The notes under the pieces were generated by a model that was given only the letters and a program-made list of their open reading frames with translations, was not told the origin of the DNA and did not search any database. From Octopus sinensis (Eukaryota): a DNA stretch of 64,000 bases. A program made the position numbers and the translations under genes. Below, piece by piece: positions 26,001-39,800 of the stretch. The stretch is taken from positions 11,408,001 to 11,472,000 of the forward strand of contig NC_043006.1 of NCBI RefSeq assembly GCF_006345805.1, read 5' to 3'. Positions within the stretch are counted from its first letter, which is position 1, and each line of letters starts with the position of its first letter.

Positions 26001-29000
26001 TGCCTGCCCGTTCTGTTCTTTTACCTCTGTTCTCTCTTATTTTTACCTTGTACGTGAATGGTATGCTCTCTCTCTCTCTCTCTCTCTTTTTCTCTCTCTT
26101 TCTCTCCAGCTGAGGAAGCCTTACATCTAAAACCCTAAAAGTTTTTGGTCAAGTTAAAAGATCCACTAAAGACCTACCCAATGTTTGTCTTGCATCATCA
26201 TCATCATCACCATCATCACCATCTTCATCATAATCATCATCATCATTTTAGTGCTAACTTCTCCATCTTGCATGAAATAGAATTTATTGAGGCAGATTTT
26301 CTATGGCTGGATGCTCTTCCTGTCACCAGTCCTCATTCTGTTTCCAAGCAAGGTAATATTTCTCCATAGCTGGACATGTTTTCACGGAAGATTAGATGCA
26401 AGGGACATCGTTTGTATGATGGTGACTTTTGTTTACAACTATTGCACAAGGACAAAACAAGGAAATACAAATACTCACACACACGCACAATCACACACCC
26501 TACATACATGCATGCATGTACATGTGTATGTATGTATGTATGTATGTTTTCCTATGATGCTGACATGCAGTGTCTGTGCAAGACCCTGCGTCAGTAAAGC
26601 TGGACTCAAGAGTCATCTTCATAGTCATAAAGTGAGACCGATGATTGATAACCAGGCTGGTGGTGGTGGTGCTACACACCATACTAATCATATCTGTCAA
26701 GCATGTGGAAGAGAGTGTAATTCGGCAGGAGGACTTAAACGACATGCAAAGGTACATGAAGCCCAGTTACAACTACAGCCGGCTATTGCCGGTAAAGGTT
26801 TTAGCTGCCAATTCTGTACAAGACATTGTAGATCTTTAGCTGGGCTAAAAAGTCACATTCGATTACAGCACCAATAACTGTTAAGCTTCGTGCAATGGCC
26901 ATATTCGATAACGAGGGGGCAGCCATCATGTATGTATGTATGCATGCATGTATGCAATGTATATATGTACACATATATGATGGGTGCTTTGCAGTTTCTG
27001 CCAATTAAATTCAGGTTGTGGTCAGTGCCCCAGGCTATAACAGAAGACATTTGTTCAAATTGTCATACAGTGGGACTAAACCCGAAACCACTTGGTTTAG
27101 AAGCAAACTTTTGAGCCACACAACCACTCCTGCACCTAAATGTAAAATGGTTGTAAAGCATTAGAGGTGGGTTTGACCTGAACAAGTAAAAGGGTAATGA
27201 GTAAAGATCCCCTTTGATCACGACACAGTCCATGAGATTGAACCTTGAAAGTTACCCTCAGAGGTTCAAGTCCGGGCAAGGTTGTTTATGGAAGACCAAC
27301 TGTCACCCATGCATACCTGCCACCCCACACCACTGATGTTATCTAAGGGAAAGGCAAAGGTCGATACAGCTTGGCACCAGTGATGCTGCAACTCATTTCT
27401 ACAGCTGAGTGAACTTGAGTAATGTGAAATAAAGTGTCTTGCTCAAGAACACAACACGCAGCCCGGTCCGGGATTCGAACTTACTACCTCACTAGTTGTA
27501 AACCTGATGCTTTAACCACTGAATCATGCACATTCACTGACCTGAACAAGTAACCCATTATAAACCCTTACCAGTAAAGACAAGGATAAATGGATTGCAC
27601 TTTCATGTCCAATCTGAAAATTTGTCTGTCTGTTTGTTTGTCTGTCCATCTGTCAGTCCGATCGGTCAACTTGCCAGCGCCATATAAAGAGCTCTCCTGC
27701 TGACACCACATAGAATAGCACCCATGCTGGTGCCATGTATAAAGCACCCATGCTGGAGCCATATAAAAAGTACTTAGTACTGTCTGTAAAGCAGTTGGTG
27801 TTAGGAAGGTCACCCAGCAGTAGAAACCATGCAAAAGCAGACAACTAGAACCTGGTACAACACTCTGGCTTGCCAGCTCTTGTCAAACCGTCCAAACCAT
27901 GCCAGCATGGAAAACGGATATTAATGATGATGATGATGATGATGATGATGAGGTTCTTACTTAGGCTTAAGACCTGAAATTTTGAGGGAAGCGAGGAGCA
28001 ATCAATACCTATTTCTTTACTACCCACAAGGAGCTAAACACAGAGAGGACAAACAAGGTCAGACAAACGGATTAAGTCGATTATATCGACCCCAGTGCGT
28101 AACTGGTACTTAATTTATCGACCTTGAAAGGATGAAAGGCAAAGTCAACCTCGGCGGAATTTGAACTCAGAACGTAACAGCAGACGAAATACCTATTTCT
28201 TTACTACCCACAAGGGGCTAAAGAGGACAAACAAGGACAGACAAACGGATTAAGTCGATTACATCGACACCAGTGCATAACTGGTACTTAAGTTATCGAC
28301 CCCGAAAGGATGAAAGGCAAAATTGACCTCGGCGGAATTTGAACTCAGAACGTAGCAGCAGAAGAAATACCTATTTCTTTACTACCCACAAGAGGCTAAA
28401 CACAGAGAGAACAATTAAGAAAAGACAAATGGATTAAGTCGATTATATCGACCCCATTGCGTAACTGGTACTTATTTAATTGACCCCAAAAGGATGAAAG
28501 GCAAAATCGATCTTGGCAGAATTTGAATTCAGAATGTAGTGGCAGACGAAATACCGCGAAGCATTTCGCCCAGCGTGCTAATGCTTCTGCCAGCAATCAA
28601 TACCATTGACCTTAATGCTTGACCAGTACTTTATTTTTGTGACCCTGAAAGAATAAAAAAAAAAAAAAAACGAAGTTAGCTTTAGTAGGAATTGAACTCA
28701 GAATGTAAAGATCTGGAATAATTGTCACTAGAGGTTGACAAATGAGCTACACATGAATATCAAACTACTGGATTAAACATATGATGTAAAAAAAGAAGAA
28801 AAGGAAAAGGGATTTTCTTCTTTGTGTAATCTTATCTTGAATATTTCTGATTCAAAATAAATTTTTGAAAAATCCTCAGATCTTAAGAGAAATTATTTAA
28901 GCGGATAACAATGCAGTAAAGGATTGTAAAATTTAATGAACAAGGAAATAGAGAAATAAAAGTAGAATATATATATGCGTGTATGTATAGAAAGAGAGCT

Positions 29001-32000
29001 AGCTGTTAGCTCCTGTAATCCTTTAGTATCAGCTATTTATGATTTGAGTTTGTTTGCTTATCTAAAAAGATTGATAAATATCTAATAATTTATGATTATT
29101 AGAGATTTGATTCTCTTGGTCCAATATCTAGACATGTTTGAAAACTGGGTTGTTGGATGAATTTTATAAATATTTTTTGTTTTAATTTTTTTGGTTATTA
29201 CAATATGATTTAGTGCAGATTAGAGAAAAAGTATTTTATGTTGTATGATATGAAAGTTAAATCTATTGATATATATCTATATATATATATATATATAAAT
29301 AAGTTGGGTGTGTGGTTAAGAACTTTGCTTTTCGTCCATGTGGTTTCATGTTCAATCCCACTATACAGCATCTTGGGTGAGTGTTTTTATTATGGCTCTT
29401 GTTGACCAAAGCTTTGTAAGTGAATTTCAGAAATGGTAAACTGAAAGAAGCCTATTCTTTCTCTCAATATCTCTCTCTCCCTCTCTTATCATCATCATCG
29501 TTTAACGTCTGCTTTCCATGCTAGCATGGGATGGACAATTTGACTGAGGACTGGCGAACCAGATGGCTGTACCAGGCTCCAATCTTGATCTGGCAGAGTT
29601 TCTACAGCTGGATGCCCTTCCTAATGCCAATCATTTCGAGTAGTAGATGCTTTTATGTGCCACCAGCACGGGGGCCAGTCAGGTGGTACTGGCAACGACC
29701 ATGCTCAAATGTTTTTTCATGTGCCACCAGCACACACACACATATATGTGAAGGCACATGGCCTAGTTGTTAGAGCAACGAACTCGCGGTCGAGGGATCG
29801 TGGGTTCAAGTCTCAGACCAGGTGATGTGTATGTTTATGAGCGAAAAACCTAAGCACCACGCGGCTCCAACAGACGGTAATGGCAAAACTTCTGCTGACT
29901 CTTTCGCCACAGCTTTCTCTCACTCTTTCCTCCTGCATCTTGCAGCTCACCTGCGATGGACTGGCATCCCGCCCAGGTGAGGAACCTATACGCCAAGAAA
30001 CCGGGAAACCGGCCCTTATGAGCCAGGCATGGCTTGAGAAGGAACAAACAAAAAAAAACATATATATATATATATATATATAGGCGCAGTAGTGGCTGTG
30101 TGGTAAGTAGCTTGCTAACCAACCACATGGTTCCGGGTTCAGTCCCACTGCGTGGCATCTTGGGCAAGTGTCTTCTGCTATAGCCCCGGGCCGACCAATG
30201 CCTTGTGAGTGGATTTGGTAGATGGAAACTGAAAAGAAGCCTGTCGTATATGTGTATATATATATGTGTGTGTGTGTATGTGTTTGTCCCCCTAGCATTG
30301 CTTGACAACCGATGCTGGTATGCTTACGTCCCCGTCACTTAGCAGTTCGGCAAAAGAGACCGATAGAATAAGTACTGGGCTTACAAAGAATAAGTCCCAG
30401 GGTCGATTTGCTCGACTAAAGGCGGTGCTCCAGCATGGCCGCAGTCAAATGACTGAAACAAGTAAAAGAGTATATATATGTACATTCGTAAATATTGAAT
30501 AATGAGAATGAGTGCTCAGCACTGCATTGGTGGATAAAACTTCTTTATTTGTGTCTTAAGACTACCATTGACTTCATGTTAAGAACATATCCCAACAATT
30601 CTTCATGTTTTAATCTAAAATGGAGATGAACACCAGTGTTTCTAACTGACCAACTTGAAGAATTGTTGAGATATTTTCTTTCCATGAAACCAATGGTAGT
30701 CTTAATACACAAATAAAGTATATGTGTGTGTGTGAGGTGCGTGCGTGCGCACACACACCTACACACTATTTATATATCTGTTACTAATAGTTTTATGCTG
30801 TGGGAACACTATAATTCAGCAGATTTATATGTCATGCCTTGTGTCTTAACACAGATTGACTTTGAACTCTGCTTTGCATGTGCACTAAGTTTTAATGTTC
30901 TAGCTCACATCTGCTGTTTATAGCAGTGCTTGGAAGGAAGGTGTGTAGCATGGCTGCAGTCAAATGACTTAAGCAAGTAAAAGAATAAAAAATATTACAG
31001 TAAAATATTACAGTAAAATATTATAGTAAAATGTCATATCTTTGTCCTTATAAAGTTGGTGTTTGGAACATGTATTAACATGAAATCTTGAAAAGATTTA
31101 ATTTAACCCTTTAGCATTGAGATTACAAGTAGTCCAACATCACATGCAATTACTTCACAGTCTAGAATTAGCAGCATGTAATGTTGGACTGCTTGATAAT
31201 CCTAGTAAAACCAAGCCCATTACTCTCAATCTACAAAGATCTGTTGCTGACATCAGGTGAGGTCCCATCAATCAAGTTGATGATTTCATATAACTTGGTT
31301 CTGAGTTAGTCTGAACTTAAAAGGATGTAACGACTTGGATAACCAAAGCATAGTTGGCCCTTAGCAAACTGGATGTTGTCTGGAAATCAATCCTCTCAGG
31401 CAGCCTTATGAAGAACTAGCACTATGACCCGGCAACACCGGGTCATAGTGCTAGTACATGCATATTCAGCTGCGTGCGTGCACACATACACACGAGTACT
31501 GTCCAAATCTCCGACCAATCACATACAGCTAGCTGGCATTCAATTGGCATATCATGTTTCAGGCATTTTGATTGGGTTTTGCATAGAAAATTCATAAAAA
31601 AGTCACTTCTATTGATTTTTTAATGGCTTTGAGGGCTGACTGGGGAAATGTAAAGATGTGCACGACCACCCTTGGACGGTTTTGAATGACCATAGAAAGT
31701 GCAAGCCCTCTAACAGAAAATTTGTGGATTTGTATAAAGAACACACACACACACACACACATTTTGCCGTTTATATATATACAGATTTTTTTCCATACAA
31801 CAGCAGAGTTAGTCCTTTTATTTGGAGTAACAGCCTGGATGCTTACCAAAAAAAAAAACTCTGAAGACCTCCCTCAAGTAATGCAGGACTGTGATAGATG
31901 GCATGTGCTGGTTAAAAATGTCCAAGCAAGCTCAACCAGATGCTGATGATGGTGATGATTAAGACTACTCTGTAAAATGTAACGCTTATTTAGAATTAAT

Positions 32001-33401
32001 CATATATTAGGTCATACATTCAAGATTTCAGTGATGTGATTGTTTAGTTTTAGAACGGCATTGTAAAGGTAGATATGAGAGGCCAGATTGACTGGTTTGG
32101 ATATAAAACAAGTAGAGTATCTGAGCAAGATATGGTCATTTTAAATGCTAAAGGGTTAAATCACTTTAACCCTTTTGTTACCATACTTCTGTTGGATTTT
32201 TTTTTATTTATGCGCCCTTTTCAAACCTAGCCAGGCTCATGGGCCCGGTTTCTATGGCATATATGTTCCCCCCATCTGGACGGGACACCAGTACACTGCA
32301 GCGTTACTCAAGAAAGAATGAAAGAAAGTTGTGGCGAGAGAGTACAACAGGGCTCGCCATCACCCTCTGTCGGAACCTCATTGGAGCTTCAGGTGTTTTC
32401 GTCCAATAAACACACAACGCCCGGCCTGGGAATTGAAACCATGATCCTCCGACTGCAAGTCTGCTACCCTAACCACTGGGCCATTGCACCTCTGTTGGAT
32501 TACAATTGCATTATTTTGATTAATTTTGAAAGGAATGAAGAATTTGGACATTAAAATGATGATGATGATACTTTAATATATTTTAAAGTTTTAACTATTT
32601 TCTTGTTTTAGGATTTCCTCAAATTATTATTTGATGTCTTCCCTAATTTAAGGTATGTGTTTAAAAGTTTAATTTTACGCTTTTGTTTTTTCTATATTCC
32701 CAAAGTTTTTTTTTTTTTGTTTAAAACTTTCTATTTAATCCTTTTTTGTTTCTGTATTTCTGACAAAATACACTGCTTTTAAATTAATTTTGTAAAAATA
32801 AACAATTTATTAAAAGAACTTTGTTGTTATTAAGACAGTGTTTGGAACATAAATCTCAACACAAGATTTTGATAAGAGATGAGACTGATCGCAGCATTTT
32901 TTCTATAGCCAGTTGCCCTTCCTGTGGCTGATTCTTAGCTGATTTATAAGTATGGTATTTTCTCTCACTGGCTAGATAGATAGATAAGATGATGGGCTTC
33001 TGTACAATTTCCATCTACAAATTTCACTCATAAGGTATTACTTAGCCTAAGGTTGTACTAAAAGAATAGGCAGTGAGCTGGCAGAATCGTAAGCACGCTG
33101 GGCAAAATGCTTAGTGGTATTTCGTCTGCCACTACGTTCTGAGTTCAAATTCCATCGAGGTCAACTTTGCCTTTCATCCTTTCGGGGTCAATAAATTAAG
33201 TACCAGTTACGCACTGGGGTCGACATAATCGACTTAATCCATTTGTCTGTCCTTGTTTGTCCTCTCTGTGTTTAGCCACTTGTGGATAGTAAAGAAATAG
33301 GTTGTACTAAAAGAACCTGGAACCATATTTTTATGAACTGAATTTATTAACACACAGCCATGCTGTATGCATGTGTGTGTGTGTGTGTGTGTGTGTGCAT
33401 G

Positions 33402-33436
<35 letters not shown>

Positions 33437-35116
33437 CACACACATATATAAGGATCTTCAGACTCCTGGTGGTTTGCTGTGCATTAGAAAGCATGTCAAG
33501 CTAAATAAAATCATAGCATTAGGAAGGGCATCCAGTGGTAGAAATTGTGCCAAAACAGACAGGGAACCTGGGCAGCTCTTCAGGTGGCCAGTTCTCGTCA
33601 AACTGTTCAACCCATGCCAGCATGGAAAACAGATGTTAAGTAATGATGTGATGAAACCCACACACATATATATGTATAGATATATATTTACTCTTTTACT
33701 TATTTCAGTTATTTAATTGTGGCCATGTTGGAGCACTGCCTTTAGTCAAGGAAATTGATCCCAGGACTTAATCTTTGTAAGCCTAGTATTTTGCCAAACC
33801 ACTAAATTATAGGGATATAAACACACCAACATTGGTTGTCAAGCAATGGTGGGGGGGACAAACACAAACACACACACACACACACACACACACATACTTA
33901 CATACACACACATGATATATGATGGGCTTCTTTAAGTTTCCATCTACCAAATCCACCTACAAGGCCTTTGGTTGACCCGAGGCTATAGTATAAGGCACTT
34001 CCCCAAGGTGCCATGCAGTGGGACTGAACCCAGAACCATGTAGTTGGGAAGCAAGCTTCTTACCACATGGTCATGCCATATAGAATAAAGTTAAAATATT
34101 GATTTTTTTTTTAATAATGGAGGCACATAAAAGGGCACCATTCGAGCATGATTGTTACCAACGTCGCTTCACTGGCGCCTGTGTCAGTGGCACATGTAAA
34201 AGATTCGAGTGAGGTCATTGCCAGTACCACCTGACTGGCCTCCGTGTAGGTGTCATGTAAAAAGCACCCACTACACTCACGGAGTGGTTGGCGTTAGGAA
34301 TGGCAACCAGCTGTAGAAACTCTGCCAGATCAAGATTGGAGCCTGGTGCAGCCAACTGGTTGCCAGCCATCAGTCAAAACCATCCAACCCATGCTAGCAT
34401 GTTAAACGATGATGATGATGATGATGATGATGAGGTATTAGGAGTATGATGGAGACTTTTCTGTGAGTCTTGAAAAACTCAACATTTTAATAGGGCCTCT
34501 TTTAGTAAATTTTTTGCTGTAAAATTGAAATTTTTCAAATGGAATTTTTCCTTTGAGCTCTCAATTTTCTGTTTTGTTGCTAGTGAAGAAGGTTTAAGCA
34601 CAACACAGATCTGTACAGAGTGGCTGGATGGAGCAGGTCTTCCAGTGGTAAGTATTTTATTATTTATGTGTGGTAATATTTTGAGGGATTACTTCAACAA
34701 AACAAAACAAAACTGGTTTATTTATATTATCTGGCAAACAAAAGCCCTGTGTGTGTGGACATAGAGGGTGTTTGGGCTAAATTAATTTTGTAAAAAATGA
34801 ACAATTTATTAAAACAACTTTTTTGTTATTAAGAAAGTGTTTGGAACATAAATCTCATGAGATTTTGATGCAAGATGAGAGTGATCGCAGCATTTTTCTA
34901 TAGCCAGTTGCCCTTCTTGTTGCTGACTCTTAGCTGATTTATAAGTATGGTATTTTCTCTCACTGGCTAGACAGATAGATAAGATGATGGGCTTCTGTAC
35001 AATTTCCATCAACAAATTTCACTCATAAGGTATTACTTAGTCTAAGGTTGTACTAAAAGAACCTGGAACCATATTTTTATGAACTGAATTTATTAACGCA
35101 CAGCCATGCTGTATGC

Positions 35117-35147
<31 letters not shown>

Positions 35148-36782
35148 TGCATACACACACACACACTCCCATATATATATAAGGATCTTCAGATGTTGGA
35201 CCTCACAGAGGGGATAACAGGGGACCAAGACTCCTGATGGTTTGCAGTGCTTGCCTAAAAGGTAAAGGAAACAGAATATCCCATCCAAAAATAAAAGGTC
35301 TTAAAAAAGATACCGACTAGATAAAAGCTAGGAGACAACAGTTAACTCAATGTAGTCACCCTCAGCTTCCACCATGGTCTCAAAATGGTTCTGGAACCTG
35401 GTGCATGCATTTCTCTCTGTGTCCATGAGAAGCTCTTCAAAGACCTCCTTGATCTTGGCTACCAGCTTGGCCTTGGTGTTGCAGGCAGAACAGTTGGTTC
35501 CTTTCTGAACTGTGCCCCACTCATAGTAATTCATGGGAATACATCCAGGGGAATTAGAAGGCCAGAAATTTGGGTTATGAAGTCATAGAAATTCTCCAAC
35601 TCTTTCTGGTGGTATGGCATGGGGCTTAATCTTGCTGCCACACGTGTGGCCTTCCAACAGCAATCTCATCCAGCCTGGGTTTGACCACAGGAGCAGCACT
35701 CCTAAGGAATGTCACACTTTGGAGGAACTTGGTTTTCATGATGCCCATGTCACATCTTACAGTCTTTACAGTGTTCACAGAGCATTGAGGAGTAGTCATT
35801 TTGTTAACATTTTTGGCCCCTCCCTGATTGGATCTTGTGCTGGTGGCATGTAAAAAGAGCATTCTGAATGTGGTCGATGCCAGTGCCCTCTGTGTGAGAG
35901 AGAGAGAGAGAGATAGAGTGAGTGAGTGAAGGTGTGTATCATGATGGTTGATGTCTTTTAAGGTACACACACATAGAAAATGTGACGTCATCGTCGTTGT
36001 CATCATATAAAATGTTTACGATAGTTGATTTAGGGAAAAGATTATAATGTAAAATTTTGAAATGCAAGTATGTGAATGGAAATTAAATTTAGTTTGTAGC
36101 CGAAATAGTACTGAATATTTTGATAGCTCATATGTCAAAATCGGTAACTCGGTTTTGAAATGCATAAGGAATATATATAGATATATATATATTTGTTGAA
36201 ATAGAAAGATGAATTTTCTTGTTACAGATTATTCAAAAGTTTAACCGATACCTGGGTAGCAAAAATCACAGCAGAAAAAAGCGCGGTTGGAGATAAGACC
36301 ATTTGGTGTTGTAACCGTGCGTTGGTGCGGATAATTGAAGTTTAATATTATTAGTGAATGGAAGAAATGGAGTTGAACAAAGATTGTACAGAATTCCTTT
36401 TATTACATTCTACACATGTTTCAAAGGCCACAAATTTCCAAATTCTGATTAAATAAGGGTACCATATTGTGGCTTTCTCTTCAGGAAAAACAGGAAGAGA
36501 AAGCCACAATATGGTACCCTTATTTAATCAGAATTTGGAAATTTGTGGCCTTTGAAACATGTGTAGAATGTAATAAAAGGAATTCTGTACAATCTTCGTT
36601 CAACTCCATTTCTTCCATTCACTAGATATATATATATATATATATATAAATTTTTTGGGCCCATGACACTGTGTGGACCCTCAGTAAGGCATGTGTAAAA
36701 TTTGAATGAAATCGTTCTTGAGTATTAGGGATCCACAAAGACAGACAGACACACAAACAGACACGCATTCTCATCTGTATAT

Positions 36783-36831
<49 letters not shown>

Positions 36832-39800
36832 GATATATATAGATATAGATATATATACACACACACATGTGGTTTTTGATGAAATTTTCCAGTAAAAATT
36901 ATATTTCTGATGTTTATATATTATATTATATGTATCTATTGCAGCCTTTGCTGGGTTACAAAATACCAACCGAACTAAGTCTTATCAGTGATGTATGCAA
37001 TCAGGTGAGAACTTCTCTTGACTTTTCACTTTTTTGAACCAATAAAAAGCAAAAAAAAACTGTAATATACATGATTAGAAAAAAAAAAATAGTGTTTGGA
37101 CTCTGTGAAGATTTGACCCGTTGTTCTTGAGGAGACCTATTGAGTCAAGTACATCAACATCAAAATAAAAATTTTAATGGAAATTATAGTTAAGACACCC
37201 GTGCCGGTGACACGTAAAAAGCACCGTCCGAATTTGGCAGATGCCAGCGCCGCCTGGCTGGCGTCCGTTTCGGTGACACGTAAAAGCACCAACCGATTGT
37301 GGCCATTTGCCAGCCTACTCTGGCCCCTGTGCCAGTGGCACGTAAAAAACACCCACTACACTTATGGAGTTGTTGGCATCTAGCTGTAGAAACACTGCCA
37401 AATCAGACTAGAGCCTGGTGCAGCCTCCATAGCTTCCCAGACCCCGGTCGAACCATCCAACCCATGCTAGCGTGGAAAAACGGACGTTAAATGATGATGA
37501 TGATGTTTGATGACTTGGGATGGACTGAAAGTTGGAATCGTTTGCTCATTTTGACTGCCGTCGGTGAAAAGGACTCTCACTGCTGGAGATACAGAAAAAG
37601 ATAGAGACATTGGAAATAAGATGTTATTTCATCTTTGCCCTCTCCATATTTGGACTAGATTACATATGGTCATGTCTGTAAATCCATCCAGTATCATGCT
37701 AGACTCCATGAAGGTTTTTCTCTCACAATGCTGAAAAAAACAAAGCTGAGATCGTATGGTGATGTAGCAAGATAGTCTCATCGTCATCATCATCATCATC
37801 TACCTTCCATGCTTGCATGGGTTGGACAATTTGACAGGAGCTGGCCCGGCAGAAGACTGCACCAGACTTCTGTGTCTGTTTTGGCTCCTTTGTGTGTTTT
37901 GGCATGGTTTCTACTGCTAGATGCAGTGTTGGTGTTAGGAAGTGCATCTAGCTGTAGAAACCATGCCAAAACACACAAAGGAGCCTGGTACAGCTTCTGG
38001 CCTTGTCATCTCCATGCCAGCATAGAAAACAGTTATTGAATGATGATGATGATGTCATTCTAAAAATATATTATCTCACCATCAAAATTTTAGAGCAATA
38101 AGACAATGCATGATTCATCATCATCATCATCGTTTAGCGTCCGCTTTCCATGCTAGCATGGGTTGGACGGTTCAACTGGGGTCTGGGAAGCCAAAAGGCT
38201 GCACCAGGCCCAGTTTGATCTGGCAATGTTTCTACGGCTGGATGCCCTTCCTAACGCCAACCACTCCATGAGTGTAGTGGGTGCTTTTTACGTGCCACCG
38301 GCACAGGTACCAGACAAGTCTGGCAAACGGCCACGATCGGATGGTGCTTTTTATGTGCCACCGGCACGGGGGCCAGGCAAGGCTGGCAACGGCCTCTGAA
38401 TGAATAAGCATTATATTTGACAATGCTAAAGGGTTACATGTGCTTCAAAAGTTTGGTAACAAAAGGGGTTAAAGAAAGAAGTAAGCATACATCACAATAA
38501 GGAACAGTTTAAAGATGTTCTTCTCTTAATATTTCGTTTTTGGATTTGGTTTGCAAGATTCTTTATATGAGTTCGTGTTTTGAAGCATATTCTGTTGTGT
38601 CTGGGGAAAGTCATTTTCTTTTTGTGCCTTATGATTTAACACACTCACTGGTAAAATTTCCACTTTTTTCTTATTTTTATTTTCCTAAAATTGACTCTCA
38701 AGACTATTGAAAAGGTTGCAAGACACAACGAAAATTTTAGGAAAATAAAAATAAGAAATAAGTGGAAATTTTACCGGTGAGTGTGTTAAATCATAAGGCA
38801 CAAAAAGAAAATGACTCTCCCCAGACACAACTGCTCATAATAGTTTGATCTGAACGTATGTATTCTGTCTTAGTTGAATATAATGGTGGCACATAAGAAG
38901 CTCCCTTTGAACATTGGGCCTCATGGAGGTGACAAGTGACTGGCACCGTTGGCAATATGCGTGAAGCCAAGAGAGATTGTAGTTGTGGCTTATGCTAGTG
39001 TTATGTAACTGGTACTCATGCCAGTGGCACATAAAAAGCACTTATTACATTCTTGGGGTTGTTGGTGTTAATAAGGGCAATCCACCTGTAGAAACCATGC
39101 CAAATCAGACTGGAACTTGGTGTAGTTCTACAGCTTGCCAGTTGTCAAACCATCTGCCCAATCCAGCATGGAGAGCAGATGCTAGATGATGGTGGTGGTG
39201 GTGGTGGTGGTGGTGGTGGTGGTGGTGGTGGTGATGCTGATGATGATGATGAATTGCACAGATAATCTCGGTTCATGGAAACTTTGCAGATCACTATATT
39301 ACATAATGGAGGCACAATGGCCCAGTGGTTAGGGCAGCGGTCTCGCGGTCGGAGGATCGCGGTTTCGATTCCCAGACCGGGCGTTGTGTGTGTTTATTGA
39401 GCGAAAACGCCTAAAAGCTCTACAAGGCTCTGGCAGGGGATGGTGGCGACCCCTGTAGTACTTTTTTGCCTCAACTTTTTCTCACTCTTTCTTCCTGTTT
39501 CTTGAGTAACGCTGCAATGGACTGGCGTCCCGACCAGCTAGTGGGGAACACATACACCACAGAAACCGGGAAACTGGGCCCATGAGCCTGGCTAGGCTTT
39601 CAAAGGGCGCAAAAAGGAAATATTACATAATATGAAATACTAACTTACTAAGATATTTCATGTTGCAGTTTAACCCAGGGCCAGTTTTGCTCAAAGATAT
39701 TTCGTCCATGGTTGTTCTGTATTGAGTGGGTGGTAAACTCCAGAAAAAAACAAGCAAAACGAAACTTGCACTAATTCTCAAATATTCTAATTTTCAGGTA

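Noticed and set aside
36228-36296. Acceptor plus in-phase [22 protein letters not shown]
   Set aside because: No good donor, no similarity to AP-O, and the better exon at 36945-37004 fills this position.
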